Positions 22,356 through 34,500 of a DNA stretch of 64,000 nucleotides are shown piece after piece (position 1 is the stretch's first letter; every line of letters starts with the position of its first letter). Under the pieces are notes generated by a model that was not told where the DNA came from, did no database searches, and was given only the letters and a program-made list of their open reading frames with translations. This DNA comes from Minutocellus sp. GHC0000111 (taxonomy: Eukaryota): assembly GCA_977018835.1 (NCBI GenBank), contig OZ361256.1, forward strand, positions 1,302,001 to 1,366,000. The letters run 5' to 3'. Both the position numbers and the translations under genes were made by a program.

Positions 22356-24209
22356 TCACCGCTTGGACGTGACAGCTCCTCTTCGTCCTGCAGCAACCTC
22401 GGCCAAATGTCTTCGAATCGGTCCCAGAGCATTGACTAAATTCATTCCTAAGCTACGAACGTAAACAGCGGGTTCAAACTTGGTGGCAAAGAATTCGTGC
22501 AAGGTGTGAATGCCACCAAGGACGGCACTCACTTCCGCTCGTCGTTCCGTATTGTACTGGTTCAGAAAGTGCATCGTACCACCAAAGTCCATACCGCTCT
22601 CCTGTGCCGTTTGGTAATGCCGAGCCAGACTCTCTACATCTCCTAGACCAAGATTGAGACCCTGTCCTGCCATGGGATGTACTGTATGAGCGGCATCACC
22701 AACCAGAGCTACTCGTGGTGCGACATATGATTGAGCCTGGGAGGTGCTCAAATCAAAAGCAAGTCGGGGTCCTACCACCGATGTTATGAGAGGAGGCAAC
22801 TGAAATGGTTTGGATTCTGACCATCGGCTCATCGTCAATCCATCATTCGCACCTCTCGCCAGATGGTCGATGCCCTTGGCAATCCCAGTGAGTGGCGCCG
22901 ATAGTGGTGCCAACGGTCCAGGCAAGTTGGGCAGAATACTTTCGGTCAGCTCCTGAGGAAATATGGACTGCGTATTTGCAGGTCCGCTCTGCATAACATC
23001 GTTCATGGCTGCCAAAAAATCCTCCTCTGATAGTGACTGTAGATGCGTCGCGTGAGACGGGGTGGTACTCCAGACAATGTTGGCGTATTCGTATTCCTCC
23101 AATTGATCCTCGCCGTTGCGGTTGTTTTCGTTGAACGACCAAACAGGAAGCAACGCCATTGGTCCACTCTTCATGAAGCGCTGGTACGCCGTCTTTCTCA
23201 TGCCCCCTCTACCTCTGTCCACCTTGACGGTACAAGTGACCGCTCTTCGTCCATAACCACTCCCCGTGACGGGCATGCCAAGCATCCGTCGGACTGTGCT
23301 ATTGCCTCCATCAGCCGCCACGAGTAAATCGGCCGTGACCGTCTTGGTTTGGGGATGCCCGTCTGCCGACGCGTCGGGGGTGGGGTTGTGGATCTGGTAC
23401 GTCAGACTCACTGGAGGTGGGGGGGCCAATGCCATGCCAGCACCGGTAGTGCTTTGATGCTGCGCTGTGGAAGGAGCGACGATGGACTTTTCCGCGGCAT
23501 TGGTGATAAGATCGATTCCGTTTGACTCCCCAGCTTTCATATCATCCCAGAGGGCACTGACTAGAGGCCCATCCTCCACCACGGCACCCAACATATCAGT
23601 GTAAGTTGTTTCTGAACCAACATCACCATCGTCACTTGACTTGTCGATGGAATGGGCACTCGTACTCAAATCATCGGCATCGAAATGTAGGGTTGCTGGG
23701 CCGTCTGACTCCCATATCTGCATGGCTGAGTACGGAGCGATCCGAGCGTACGGGCTGATAGATGACAACGCTTCGATGGGACCTGGCCTGGTACCATCAT
23801 CTGCACCACTGGATTTCGGCAATCCGTTGTTGATCAGCTCCAAACTGGCAGGACTTAGGGCGTAGGCCCTGGCGTTGGGCAAGTTGCCACCGGCTGCAAA
23901 GGCTGAAAGAGGTCTTGGACCTTTGGAAAACTCCACAAGCCCAATCCTGAGCCCGGTGCCACCACCCGACCGGAGGAGGCAGCTGGCGAGTGTGGAGCCC
24001 ACGGCACCTCCTCCAACAATGACCACGTCGTAGTGCTGATCTTCACCGCCACTCCTGGGGGTGGCTTGGGCTGACGATGCCAGACGAACTGTATAACAAC
24101 AATGTAGCGATTTCGGTGAAGAAGAGTGGCGTCGTATCCGTCTCGTCCCGACGGACACGGCGGAGGAGAGGTGGCGGCCGAGCATGGTGGGTGTAGACGA
24201 GAGCTGCAT
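22356..24209 (-). CDS. COQ6: Ubiquinone biosynthesis monooxygenase COQ6 (UbiH/COQ6 family), mitochondrial leader
   Basis: DVVIVGGGAVG, LLVAADGGNSTVR, AYQRFMKSGPMALLP, ALVGDAAHTVHPMAGQGLNLGLGDV. Confidence 0.9.
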   Translation of the reverse strand: MQLSSTPTMLGRHLSSAVSVGTRRIRRHSSSPKSLHCCYTVRLASSAQATPRSGGEDQHYDVVIVGGGAVGSTLASCLLRSGGGTGLRIGLVEFSKGPRPLSAFAAGGNLPNARAYALSPASLELINNGLPKSSGADDGTRPGPIEALSSISPYARIAPYSAMQIWESDGPATLHFDADDLSTSAHSIDKSSDDGDVGSETTYTDMLGAVVEDGPLVSALWDDMKAGESNGIDLITNAAEKSIVAPSTAQHQSTTGAGMALAPPPPVSLTYQIHNPTPDASADGHPQTKTVTADLLVAADGGNSTVRRMLGMPVTGSGYGRRAVTCTVKVDRGRGGMRKTAYQRFMKSGPMALLPVWSFNENNRNGEDQLEEYEYANIVWSTTPSHATHLQSLSEEDFLAAMNDVMQSGPANTQSIFPQELTESILPNLPGPLAPLSAPLTGIAKGIDHLARGANDGLTMSRWSESKPFQLPPLITSVVGPRLAFDLSTSQAQSYVAPRVALVGDAAHTVHPMAGQGLNLGLGDVESLARHYQTAQESGMDFGGTMHFLNQYNTERRAEVSAVLGGIHTLHEFFATKFEPAVYVRSLGMNLVNALGPIRRHLAEVAAGRRGAVTSKR

Positions 24210-25034
24210 GGTCCCTTGAGAGCTGACTGAGCGAGCTGGATGGCTGTGAAAAGCTCCGGGTTTCTTCATTTGTGTTTCAATTTTCCGGGTGTCCACGAGA
24301 GTCAGTCGTCCTGCAGTTGAAAAAAAGGCGGCGAGGTGCGCTCTCAAGGGACATCGCGATCGTCTTAAAAAATAGGTGCACGATCGGGCTGGGCAGGAGC
24401 TCTTTGGTCAATAAAAATGAATGTTCGAACATACCCAGAGGTAGGATCTGTTGCCTCGCCGAATCGTACAAATTTTGGCCAAGTTGAAATGCCCATCGTG
24501 TAAGTAGGACAAGGAAACTTTTGTGTCATGCGTTGACTGACCACCATGTGGTTGATGACTTTTTATATAAACGTACCTCTAGGAATTCCTATAGCTAGCT
24601 AGGCCCCTCTTTATAGAATACATGCGCAAGACAATCTAGTTGTATAAATATGAAAGATTTGGGAGACATGTACCAAACTACATGCAGTAGCCGTACAATT
24701 ATAGTAGCAAACAAAGATCAACTAAAATTACACAAAGAGAAAACATGTATGAACATGTATGTAGTATTGTTATGAAACTGTTCGAACTCCACATTATGCA
24801 AAAGGGTATTTGGTGTTGCTGCCCGTGTTATCACAAAGCATTACACCGAAATTTGATCATGTGTACATGTGCATGTGTGTTTTCGTTTGCCCGAGAATCA
24901 ACTCCTTACATTTCACTCTGCAGAGGCAAAGATTGCCGAGATGTTGTATCCGTCCACCTCGTCGGCTTCCAAACTTTGCGTCGCCATGAGCTGGTCGCCA
25001 TTGGTAGGAGTGGGCGCACTGACCTCACCGAGCG

Positions 25035-25961
25035 TTACAGAAGAGGAACAGATGTCCTCGGGCCTATAGTATAGTGCCGGGGTGGGGTGGCCAGGATGGT
25101 AGTTGTAGCAGCTGGCGCTTCGATATGAGTTTCATCGACGTGATGATCTTCCTCGATCATCATGTGTTTGCGTGATCTTTTAGCGGGAGATTCAAACTCG
25201 GAAGTGGGCCAACTCTGGTCGTTATCGGTGTTGGTGGCACTTCCGGTCTCACTATCGCTGTCGCCAGTTGGGCCGTCGTAGATGGGATTGGCTCTCTTGA
25301 GACACAAGAGGGAGGGAGAGCTACCCTCCTGGCGACTGGGGCTGTCGTCGCGCTGGCTTGGTTCGTCTCCTCGATGAATGTTGAAATTGTAGGCATACTC
25401 CTCATCGCCAACATCCTCCTCGCCCTGTTCATCTTCTTCGTCGCTGGCCTCGCCAATAGTGGGCTCGAGACGATGGATGAATGAAAGTTTGTTTCCTGAA
25501 GAAGAGGCAGCGGCGGCAGAGCGGAAGATGCCATCCTCGTTGTTTTCCTGAGCAGCATCAGCAGCAGATGTCTCGTCATCATCCATATCATCGGTCGTGG
25601 CTCCGTCTCGGCATTCTTGGGTAGCAGATGAAAAGGCCGTGAGAGACGAGGGGGTATTAGGCGTAGCAGAAACAAAGGGAGTGGCTGATCGGTCGACGCT
25701 GATGCCATCGATGTTGGTGGTGTCAGACAAGATGTCAGCCGCTAGCCGACTGCAGAGGTAGGCCTCGTCGTTGGAATGTGATCGAGAGATGAGGCGTCGA
25801 TTGCGGCCGGGAAAGGTGGCCGCTGTCTGAACCAGGTTGCCAGATGAGGTCGACTTGCTCAAAGACATGAAAGAGGTTTCGATGTACGGCTCAACGACGC
25901 CGAAGCTGACGGAGCGTGACACTGATTGGGGGCGATGGATGTTGCTGTATCCGAGCGGCAT
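25035..25961 (-). CDS. Hypothetical S/D/E-rich disordered protein
   Basis: 308-aa ATG ORF, no recognisable domain. Confidence 0.55.
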   Translation of the reverse strand: MPLGYSNIHRPQSVSRSVSFGVVEPYIETSFMSLSKSTSSGNLVQTAATFPGRNRRLISRSHSNDEAYLCSRLAADILSDTTNIDGISVDRSATPFVSATPNTPSSLTAFSSATQECRDGATTDDMDDDETSAADAAQENNEDGIFRSAAAASSSGNKLSFIHRLEPTIGEASDEEDEQGEEDVGDEEYAYNFNIHRGDEPSQRDDSPSRQEGSSPSLLCLKRANPIYDGPTGDSDSETGSATNTDNDQSWPTSEFESPAKRSRKHMMIEEDHHVDETHIEAPAATTTILATPPRHYTIGPRTSVPLL

Positions 25962-26385
25962 GATGATTTATTTGATGTGCTTTCCTTTGCTTTTTTACTT
26001 TGATCCTCGATCTTGGTTGGAAATGTCAAAATAAAAAGTGGAGAATTCTTTTCGTTTTGTTTTGTGGCGAGGTGGCGAGCGAAAATTCAAACGATCGTGG
26101 GAAAGCACTCATCATTTTTTCGTCTTGGATTCAAGTGAGGTGCTCCATGAGCGATGCAGAGAGGCTGGGCCGGCGCGCGTCAAGCGTTGAGGCGAGAGGC
26201 ACTGAGTGGACTCATCCGACTCTGACAAGAGAAGTCGAGTGAGTCGAGTCGAGTCAGTCGAGTCGCTACGTACGTAGCTACGCGTAGTAGCCACCTCCAC
26301 ATACATGCTCGCTCAGCACATCGCATCTGTCGCATCATCATCAGCAACATGAGCAACCCATTTTTTCCACTGCAGGGTCGGCAGC

Positions 26386-28157
26386 ATGCCCTCCTCTTCG
26401 CCAACCTTGAAACGCCGCCAACAACACGTTCCAACCGTGAACAAGATTGTGCGTCTCTTCCTGGCGTCATTGGCGGTCCGCCAATTCACGCCAGTCGCGG
26501 CGTTTGTACGATCAATATCGGCATCGGCATCGGCATTCGTCACCACATCACGATCACGAACAGCTCCTTCTGCTCGAATTCGTAGTAGTGGCCATCGTCC
26601 TTTGCGCGCGTACACCACAACTGGATTTCGAGAACCTCCGAATAACGAGGATAGTAATAGCGGGGAGGAGGCCAACATTTCCCGGTGGGAACGAATGTGG
26701 GAGGAGGGACAGCTCAAGCGGAACGTTCAGATGGCATTGGACGTGTCGTCGTCGCCGGATGCCCGCCCATTGGGCCCGTTGGTCGCCAAGAGCGAGGTGC
26801 GGGTAATATCTTTCGATTTGGACAACACCCTGTGGAAGACGGGGAAGGTGATATCGCATGCCAACGATGTCCTGTCCCAGTATTTAACCGCCAAAGGAGT
26901 GAACGTGCCTGTCAGGACGGAAATCGTCATGGGGGAACTGTTCAAGAAGGGTCCGGCTAGATACAATTCAATGAGAAGGCGGTGGAAGAAAAGAGAAAAG
27001 ATAGTACCAACAACAATAACGGTGATGTGAGTACCGATTTCGACAAGGCGGCGGGCGGAGAAGGCAGCAGTAGGGGAGTGCACATCTCCAGCGGTACCTC
27101 TAAACCGGTCTTGTTGACGCAGCTTCGCATCGATGCTCTGTGGGACATATTTCTGCGCTACAATGGCTACTCGGAGGACGATGCACGAGCGGCTGCAGAG
27201 GAGGCATTCCAAATTTGGACGAACGCGCGGCATGATGCCATACCCAATCACTTTGCTGAGCAGGTCGTCGAAAGCTTGGAGTTGCTTAGACAGATCGAAT
27301 CGCGCGACGGTCATCGTGTGGTGATTGGGGCCATTACAGACGGGAACAGTGACCCTCGCAACGTGGAGGCACTCCGACCGTATTTTGACTTTGTGGTCAA
27401 CTCTGAACAGGTAGGCGTCGCTAAGCCAGATGCACGAGTTTACCTCAAGGCCGCGGAGCAATTGTTGGAAAATCCTCGCCTTGAGGATGTATTCATCGAG
27501 GCCATGGGGGCATGCAAAATGCTGGACGACGCCGTCGAAAAGACCGATCTCTTGGAGTCAGCGATCGGGCCTTGGTGGATTCACATTGGAGACGATTTCA
27601 TGAAAGACATTGTGGCAGCAAGAGAACTCGGTATGCGGACAGTCTGGAGTCGCGAACTCGTACGAACGTCGCCAGCCAACGCCGAGGAAAAGGGATCAGC
27701 CACAAAGCAACTCAATGACAAAAGAGACGGCGCTACTACTGATGGCAAGCAAGGCAAAAAACGAAGCGTTGCTGACTTGGTACAAGAATTGGCCACGATG
27801 AAGGTGGTGGAAATGAGAATAGGGGCCGACGAATTCTTGGCCGACAGCATACACAGAGAGTTTGCCGATGAGATTGTGGATGATTTTGCGAGAATAGCAC
27901 ATCTGCTGCACGAGTGGCATTTGGATGGAAGATCTGCAGAAGGCGACAATGCCATCGTTGCACCATGGAACGATTCTTCTGTGCCTACTACTCTCACTTC
28001 TAGTAGTATCCCTCCCTCTGATGACCCCGAGAAGGCCGTTGCTAATGCGGCTACCAGCGAGAGCAGGAACAAGTTCTGCGTTTTCTGTGGAAGGAAATTG
28101 CCATATGAGGCGAGATTCTGCTCCTCGTGTGGTGAAAAGCAGCCTGAGTTAGCGTAG
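26386..28157 (+). CDS. HAD-superfamily hydrolase, probable plastid leader, C-terminal double zinc ribbon; apparent 1-nt frameshift near 26965
   Basis: VAA-FVR leader; ISFDLDNTLW; ITDGN; VGVAKPD; HIGDDFMKDIVAA; CVFCG...FCSSCG; the motifs are split over two overlapping ORFs. Confidence 0.82.
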
Positions 28158-28452
28158 ATGTACCGGTACATGTAGATTTTTTGAAGTAGTTCGGTACCGG
28201 TATGGTAGGTTTTCCTATGTTTTTGAAGCTCGCTCGCTCACTGACTACATGTAGTACCGTGGTACGTGTAATAGGATTCCTAGATCTAGATCTCATTACA
28301 TGTATGCGTTACATTACATGTATGATCAATAATGCCAGCCGCCGCCATGCCAGCCATTGTAGGCCTATGTAGGCAGCAGGCCGCGCCATCGCCATCGGCC
28401 CATCGCCATCGCCAGCTCGTCGAGAGAACCCGGAAACAAAAACGGCCACATC

Positions 28453-30975
28453 ATGCACTCTCTCATTCTTCAGCCAAGAAAGATACCAACGCAACAGCCA
28501 TATATCACGAGGGGCGACGGTACTCCTGCGCCAATGGAATTGACATTGACGGGGGCGACGCTCGCCGGTGGCGGCAGCAGCAGCACCCCTTCGTCTCCCT
28601 CCAAGGTGGCAGCTGCTGCCCACCAACACGGACCGGGTTGCAGCCATGATCACTCACATTCACACTCACCTCACGTCGCCGGCGGTGCTGCCCACCAGGC
28701 TTCGCAGACGTCACCGATCCGCATCCGCCTACCGACTCATCACACCCTGCCCCCGGAAGTGTTGCGACGGCAGCTGGTCCAGCTCTCGACCAACCCTGCG
28801 GCACTCTTCATGGCGCTGGTTGGTACCGTCAAGGTTGGGTCGTACGAGAGCTTCGTCGCCTTTGCTGATGGGGTGCGTGAGTTGGAGAAAGAACGGGGCG
28901 TCCCGACAACTAGCTTGGCCGAACGAGGCGGAGATGGGCACACCCTGTGCCACTGGGCGGCGAAACGATCGGACGACGTCCGCTTTCTTGAATACTTTGC
29001 GAGCGTTCCCGGTGTGGACGTCCATCGTCCGAGTACGGACTCGGTCGGGATGTACCCTATTCACTGGGCGGCCACCGAAGGAAGCATTGCGCTTGTGGCG
29101 TTCCTTTTGAGGCATTTGACCGGGAGTGGTGATATTTCTAGTAACGACGAGGACATTATCAACGCCCGTGATGGGTCAGGGTGCACACCGCTCCTTATTG
29201 CTGCGCAATATGGTCATGCCGATCTCGCGGCGTTCCTTCTCAAGCGCGGGGCCGATGGGAGTGCTGTTGATTCTTCTTCCGATACGGCATTGCACTGGGC
29301 AGCGTATAAGGGATCTGTCCCGGTCTGTGGTTTGCTGCTGCACCTGCACGGCGTTGGAGGACACATCGACAACATTGATGATTTTGGTCAAACACCTCTT
29401 CATCTAGCGGCCATGCGGGGCAACGTTGAGGTTGTACAACATCTTTTGGAGGAAGCCGAAGCGTACATGGATCGCCAGGCGAGAGGAGAGGTACCGATGT
29501 CATCACCAACGCATGTGGGTGGTCGCGACTCATCTTTCGCGGGATATCTCCTTACGGTTCAGGACAAGGACGGCAAAACTGCGTTAGATCTGGCAATCAA
29601 GAAGAAGAAGGAAGGCAGTGAAATGGTGTTGCGTGACTACATCAATCGGCACTGCGCTCCGAGACCGAACGCCTTTACTGTTGCCCAACGTGCGTGTATG
29701 GAAATGTTCTCCCCTAAAGCCTGGAAAGTATGGATGGGGATGAATCCCGAGGCTGCATCCGGTGCCCAAAGTCCGAAATTTCCATTCTATTTTGTTGTTG
29801 GAAATATGATTGTGGCTTTTTTGTACTATCCACTTGTCTTCGTACCAATGTGGACAACATCGGAAGACCCAGGTTTGCTCTATGACCTAATGCCAGTCCA
29901 CATATTTTCCCTCTTGTGCCAAATTATCATGTGGGTTTCCTTTGTGTTGACGTGGAAGACGGATCCAGGCACGTTGGGGACGATAAATTCCATTTCGGCT
30001 TCCGACTTTACTGCTCGAGGGCAGGCATACGCCCAATCGTGCGGGCTGGACCAAAGCACTGAAATCCGAAGCGAGTTGGATGGAATCACACGAGTTCTGA
30101 GACGAAAATACGATGAAACTCTGGAAGAATACTCAGCGGATGCGACCATTACAAAGAAGAGCAGCGAGGGAGGAACGACATCTCCGAAACCAAAGAAAGA
30201 TCACGCAGCGCTGTGTCATTCCTGCCACATTGCCAAGCCCTTGCGATCGAAGCACTGCCGGGTCGCCCGTCGGTGTGTGCTACATTTTGATCATCACTGC
30301 CCTTTTGTTGGAGCAACGATTGGTCTGTACAACTACAAATTCTTCTACACATTTTTGGTTACGCTGGTCCTCGCATTATTGACCTTTATTGGCACTCTTA
30401 TCGTTTTTACCTTACGATCGCCAGAGGTCCACCTTGGAGTTACAATTGTTGGTCTTTTCATTAGCCTCATTGTAATACCATCTGGCGGCATGCTCGTTTA
30501 TCACACCCAATTGATTTGGAGGAATCTAACGACGAATGAGCACCAAAATATCTATCGATATAAATACTTTCAAAGGAAAGAGGGCAATGGGTTTCACAAC
30601 CCGTTCGATCACGGCTTCTTCCGCAATCTCATGAGTCGGTGTATACCTGGAGAAGACTCGTATATTATTTTTGAGAATGATGAATTGTTTTGCGAGAATG
30701 GCGGAGGTGGGACATCTTTGTTGCCACAACCGACGACGATCAATGACGGTAGAACTAGGGAGATTGAACTGACTCCGCAGGGAAAGAACTCCAGTGAGGG
30801 CTTCAGTCAAGCAAACGAAACGGCCATGATTTTGGTGTCTGAAAAGAACAGCGATGGCAGCGCAGGAGGTGGTGCTGAACGGAGGTCTGCAGCCAAGCGA
30901 CGTGTTTCAGAGCATGCTGTTGCCGCTGCTGAGTCCGATCAGGCTCATCATCAAGAAATGAAGAGCCTCTTGTAA
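28453..30975 (+). CDS. Ankyrin-repeat DHHC palmitoyltransferase (AKR1/ZDHHC17-like)
   Basis: Ankyrin repeats (HWAA, TPLLIAAQYG, TALHWAAYKG, TPLHLAA); RSKHC...FDHHCPFV; NLTTNE; NPFD. Confidence 0.92.
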   Translation: MHSLILQPRKIPTQQPYITRGDGTPAPMELTLTGATLAGGGSSSTPSSPSKVAAAAHQHGPGCSHDHSHSHSPHVAGGAAHQASQTSPIRIRLPTHHTLPPEVLRRQLVQLSTNPAALFMALVGTVKVGSYESFVAFADGVRELEKERGVPTTSLAERGGDGHTLCHWAAKRSDDVRFLEYFASVPGVDVHRPSTDSVGMYPIHWAATEGSIALVAFLLRHLTGSGDISSNDEDIINARDGSGCTPLLIAAQYGHADLAAFLLKRGADGSAVDSSSDTALHWAAYKGSVPVCGLLLHLHGVGGHIDNIDDFGQTPLHLAAMRGNVEVVQHLLEEAEAYMDRQARGEVPMSSPTHVGGRDSSFAGYLLTVQDKDGKTALDLAIKKKKEGSEMVLRDYINRHCAPRPNAFTVAQRACMEMFSPKAWKVWMGMNPEAASGAQSPKFPFYFVVGNMIVAFLYYPLVFVPMWTTSEDPGLLYDLMPVHIFSLLCQIIMWVSFVLTWKTDPGTLGTINSISASDFTARGQAYAQSCGLDQSTEIRSELDGITRVLRRKYDETLEEYSADATITKKSSEGGTTSPKPKKDHAALCHSCHIAKPLRSKHCRVARRCVLHFDHHCPFVGATIGLYNYKFFYTFLVTLVLALLTFIGTLIVFTLRSPEVHLGVTIVGLFISLIVIPSGGMLVYHTQLIWRNLTTNEHQNIYRYKYFQRKEGNGFHNPFDHGFFRNLMSRCIPGEDSYIIFENDELFCENGGGGTSLLPQPTTINDGRTREIELTPQGKNSSEGFSQANETAMILVSEKNSDGSAGGGAERRSAAKRRVSEHAVAAAESDQAHHQEMKSLL

Positions 30976-31598
30976 GCGTACCGGTAAGCGTCAAACGTTA
31001 ATTGAAATTTACATGTAATCTAGATCTACGACATGATGTACATATGTTTGTACGGTGAATTGCCTTGGCCTTATTGATCTTGCCCCCTCAAGATGACAAC
31101 AATTTGATATGTTCTGGTACTTTCTGAAACGACGTGGCAGCGCGTCACATTCGTCAATCCAACATTTATGCCACCTCGCCACTGGCCGCGGGCCCGGCTC
31201 TCACAATTTCACGACCTGCCTCATGCCTCCGCTGATGGCTGCTGCCCTCCGCCTCGCATAGTCTTGACTACGCTGGAGCTAGCTAATAGACTAGCTGCTG
31301 GAGCTTCTGCTGCTGTTGTGGTTGAGATCAATTCACAAAAGTTTCCGGAATTGGAATTGATTCGGTGCTCTGAGAGTAGTCGAGACTACCGGCAGTACCT
31401 GGGACGTCGAAAAGGGCCAGCTTCGCCAAGTGATGGCATCCCTTGGCTTCGCATTTTTGACGATCTGGATCCCATCACCGCCTCGCCGACTCGTAGTGCA
31501 CGGTCGTCGCTGCTCTCGCTTTTGTGCCAGGGTCGCCATCACCTCTGCTGGTTTTTGGCGGCAACCCGAGGTTCTTGTATAACGTGTCTGTGCAAAGA

Positions 31599-34500
31599 AT
31601 GAGTGAGCGCGGCGATTATGTTGGCCGGGCCGCCGTCCCACTCTCCCTGCCCTCGGACGCGGAGAACCTTTCGAAGTCTCTCTGTATTCTTCGAGACCAG
31701 ATCGAGATATTTGCCGCAACCTCGGACGACGTTGCTGCAAGGAAGCGGCATCCGCCTAAGCTAGGGGCGGTTGGCCTGCGTTGTCGTCACTGCTATCATG
31801 TGCCCCTCACCTCGCGATCCAAAGGGTCAGTGTCATATCCCAAATCCATATCTCTGATCCATCAGACCATCCGCAACTTCCACCGCTTCCACTTTTATCA
31901 GTGCGAGTTCATACCGGAGGCCGATAAGGAGGCAATGAAGGCTATTGGAAAGAACAAGCAGCCGAGCAAGAAGGGAAGTGATGTATATTGGATCCAAAGC
32001 AGCAAGGAGCAGCTTGGCATGGTGGGCGAGGATGATGGCAGCGGTGGCTCTTGCATTCGTTTCTCCGAGAATTCACCCTTTCGTGCTCTTGTTGGTGAGC
32101 ATGAAAGCAGCAATGTTTGTGGTGATGGCAAAGATAATGCTATGCGGGCGCCGACGGTGGCAGTGGCGAACGAATGCATATCCACAACAATAGACGAAGG
32201 CGTCTTTCTTAATGCAAACGATGAAGACATCTTGGAATTATTCAGCGACGAAGCTCTTGAGAATGATCTTGCCGCTGTACAGGAAGTAATTGATGTCGAA
32301 AAGAATGTTGATGGTCTACCCTCGAAAGCAGCAGGATATATTAAGGATGAAAGGGACAGTGACGAGAAGAAGCCGCCCGCTGCAGCAATTGCACCTGATG
32401 ATAAGGACGAGGACGAGGAGAAGAAGATGGGGGGCATGACAAAAGGCAAGAAGCGATCTTCGTTGATATCGCTCACCGATTCAATCCAGTCCTTCGAACT
32501 AGACTCAAACGACATGTCGAATCTTCTTAATATTCTTGACGTCGAAGCGCCTGGCATAGCCACTGCAGCAAAGAGTCAAAATAGTTCGGGTCTCTGCTCG
32601 GCGGCAACCGCGACAACGGGTGCATCGACGGCAGGAACAAGAACGCATAGTAAGACCTGCGAAAATGACAGGGGCTATTCATCTCAACAATTCTCTGCAA
32701 CGGAACAAAAGCTCCTCGAAAATGTAGCTTTCCTTTTGAGCTCCGTCCGCCAGACCATAAGCACATTGCCAACAGATGATTCAACGGCATCATTGCTAGA
32801 ATTGGGAAAAACTGCGTATAGCATCCTCACCGGCACAGACTTCACAGACGCTGTCCTTCTTGATGGAGGTGGCGGTGCTTCCTCAACAGATGACACTGTT
32901 GATGCAGTGGTGGAATCTCTCTCGAAGACTGACTTTGTCGAGCAGGATCAGCAAAAGAAACGGCGGCGCCCTGTACCGGTGCATATTGGCAGAGAGCGGC
33001 CTCAGCCATCTACTTTTGATATGCTCTGCGAGTCTACAAATCTTCCCTCCCGACTGTGCTTTCTCCTTTCGGGCCTCTTAGCGAGCCACCGGCGTAACGG
33101 TGCTGACGAGGAGGGGCAGGCGGAAGTGTATGCGTCACTTGAAGACGTTGAGAGCGATCTGCGAGAGATGCTCGATGATCCAAAGAGGCATTTATTCGAT
33201 GTTCCTCCCGACAAACAATCAGATAAACTCACGTTTGACCCGCTGAAGCTGTACGGCAGAGATATCCAAATTGAAGAGTTGACCGACGTTTTCGAGCGCG
33301 TTGTGCTGACGAATGGTTCACGAGAAATGGTCGTTGTTTCGGGAAAGCCTGGGTCGGGTAAGACCGCCCTCGTCGACAAACTGCTACATCAGTATCTCCA
33401 CCCTTCCGGCGGGTTTCTCATTCGAGCAAAATTTCAACAGCTCGGCCAGATCCAGCCAATCTCGGTTGTTCTTCAGGCATTCGATGAATTTTGCCAGGAT
33501 GTCCTTAATGCTGGTCATGACGATCTGTCCGCTAGACTTGTACGCACATCCATCGCGGATGCGGTCGGTACAAATGGATGCCGCGTGCTTTCTTCCTTGA
33601 TGCCCAGCATTGGCCCAATGCTCGGCATGGCGTCGAGTCCATCTCCTGAGTCAGCCACTGAGGGGCATGCAGCTTTCAATCGCTCATTATACTATCTTCG
33701 TCGATTCATCAAGGCGATTGGTTCCCCCAGCCATCCTGTGGTGCTTTTATTTGATGACCTGCAATGGGTCGATCAAACCTGTTTGGATCTCATATTAACG
33801 CTCTTGACAGATGACTTTACTTCTCTATTTCTTGTGGGTTGCTGTCGTGAGGATGAGGTCGAATCGGACCCAGATCACCCATTACGTGGCTTCCGGCTGA
33901 AAATGTTGGAAAACGGAGTGCCTGTAAGTGACGTGATCCTCGGCGATTTAACCATGAGTGATTTGAACATTTTGGTAGCAGACCTACTCCACTCGTCTCC
34001 TAGGACTGCCAAACAGCTCTCTCGAATGGTATACGCGAAAACAGGAGGGGGCAATCCCTTGTTTGTCAAGCAATTCATCCTCTCGCTTTACGAAGATAAG
34101 TGTCTGACCTATTCTCCTGTTGCGGGTAGATGGGTCTGGACGATGAAGGACATTGAAGCTCGGGAAGTGGCATCGAATGTTGTTGGTCTTCTTACATCAA
34201 AAATTTGTCGCTTAGATGAAAAGTCTCAGACATTACTCAAGGTATGTGCCGGGCTTGTATCTATATTATGCGCATGACAGTAAGACAACATATATTTCTT
34301 CTTCTGTTCTTCGTTTCTGAATTCAATGCTTGTTTTTGTATCTTCCCTCTTAAGGTCGCTGCTTGCCTAGAATCTCAATTCAGAGGCTACCTTCTCGGCA
34401 AGATCCGGCTTGATGGCATTTCGGGGCTCATGGAACAAGAGAGACACCTGCAGATCCTTGTTAATGAGGGACTGCTGTGCAAGCTTGGGGATCACTCCTA

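Noticed and set aside
12225..28157. Riboflavin gene cluster (RIBA plus a YigB-like HAD phosphatase)
   Set aside because: About 12 kb and several unrelated genes apart; HAD substrate cannot be inferred from motifs.
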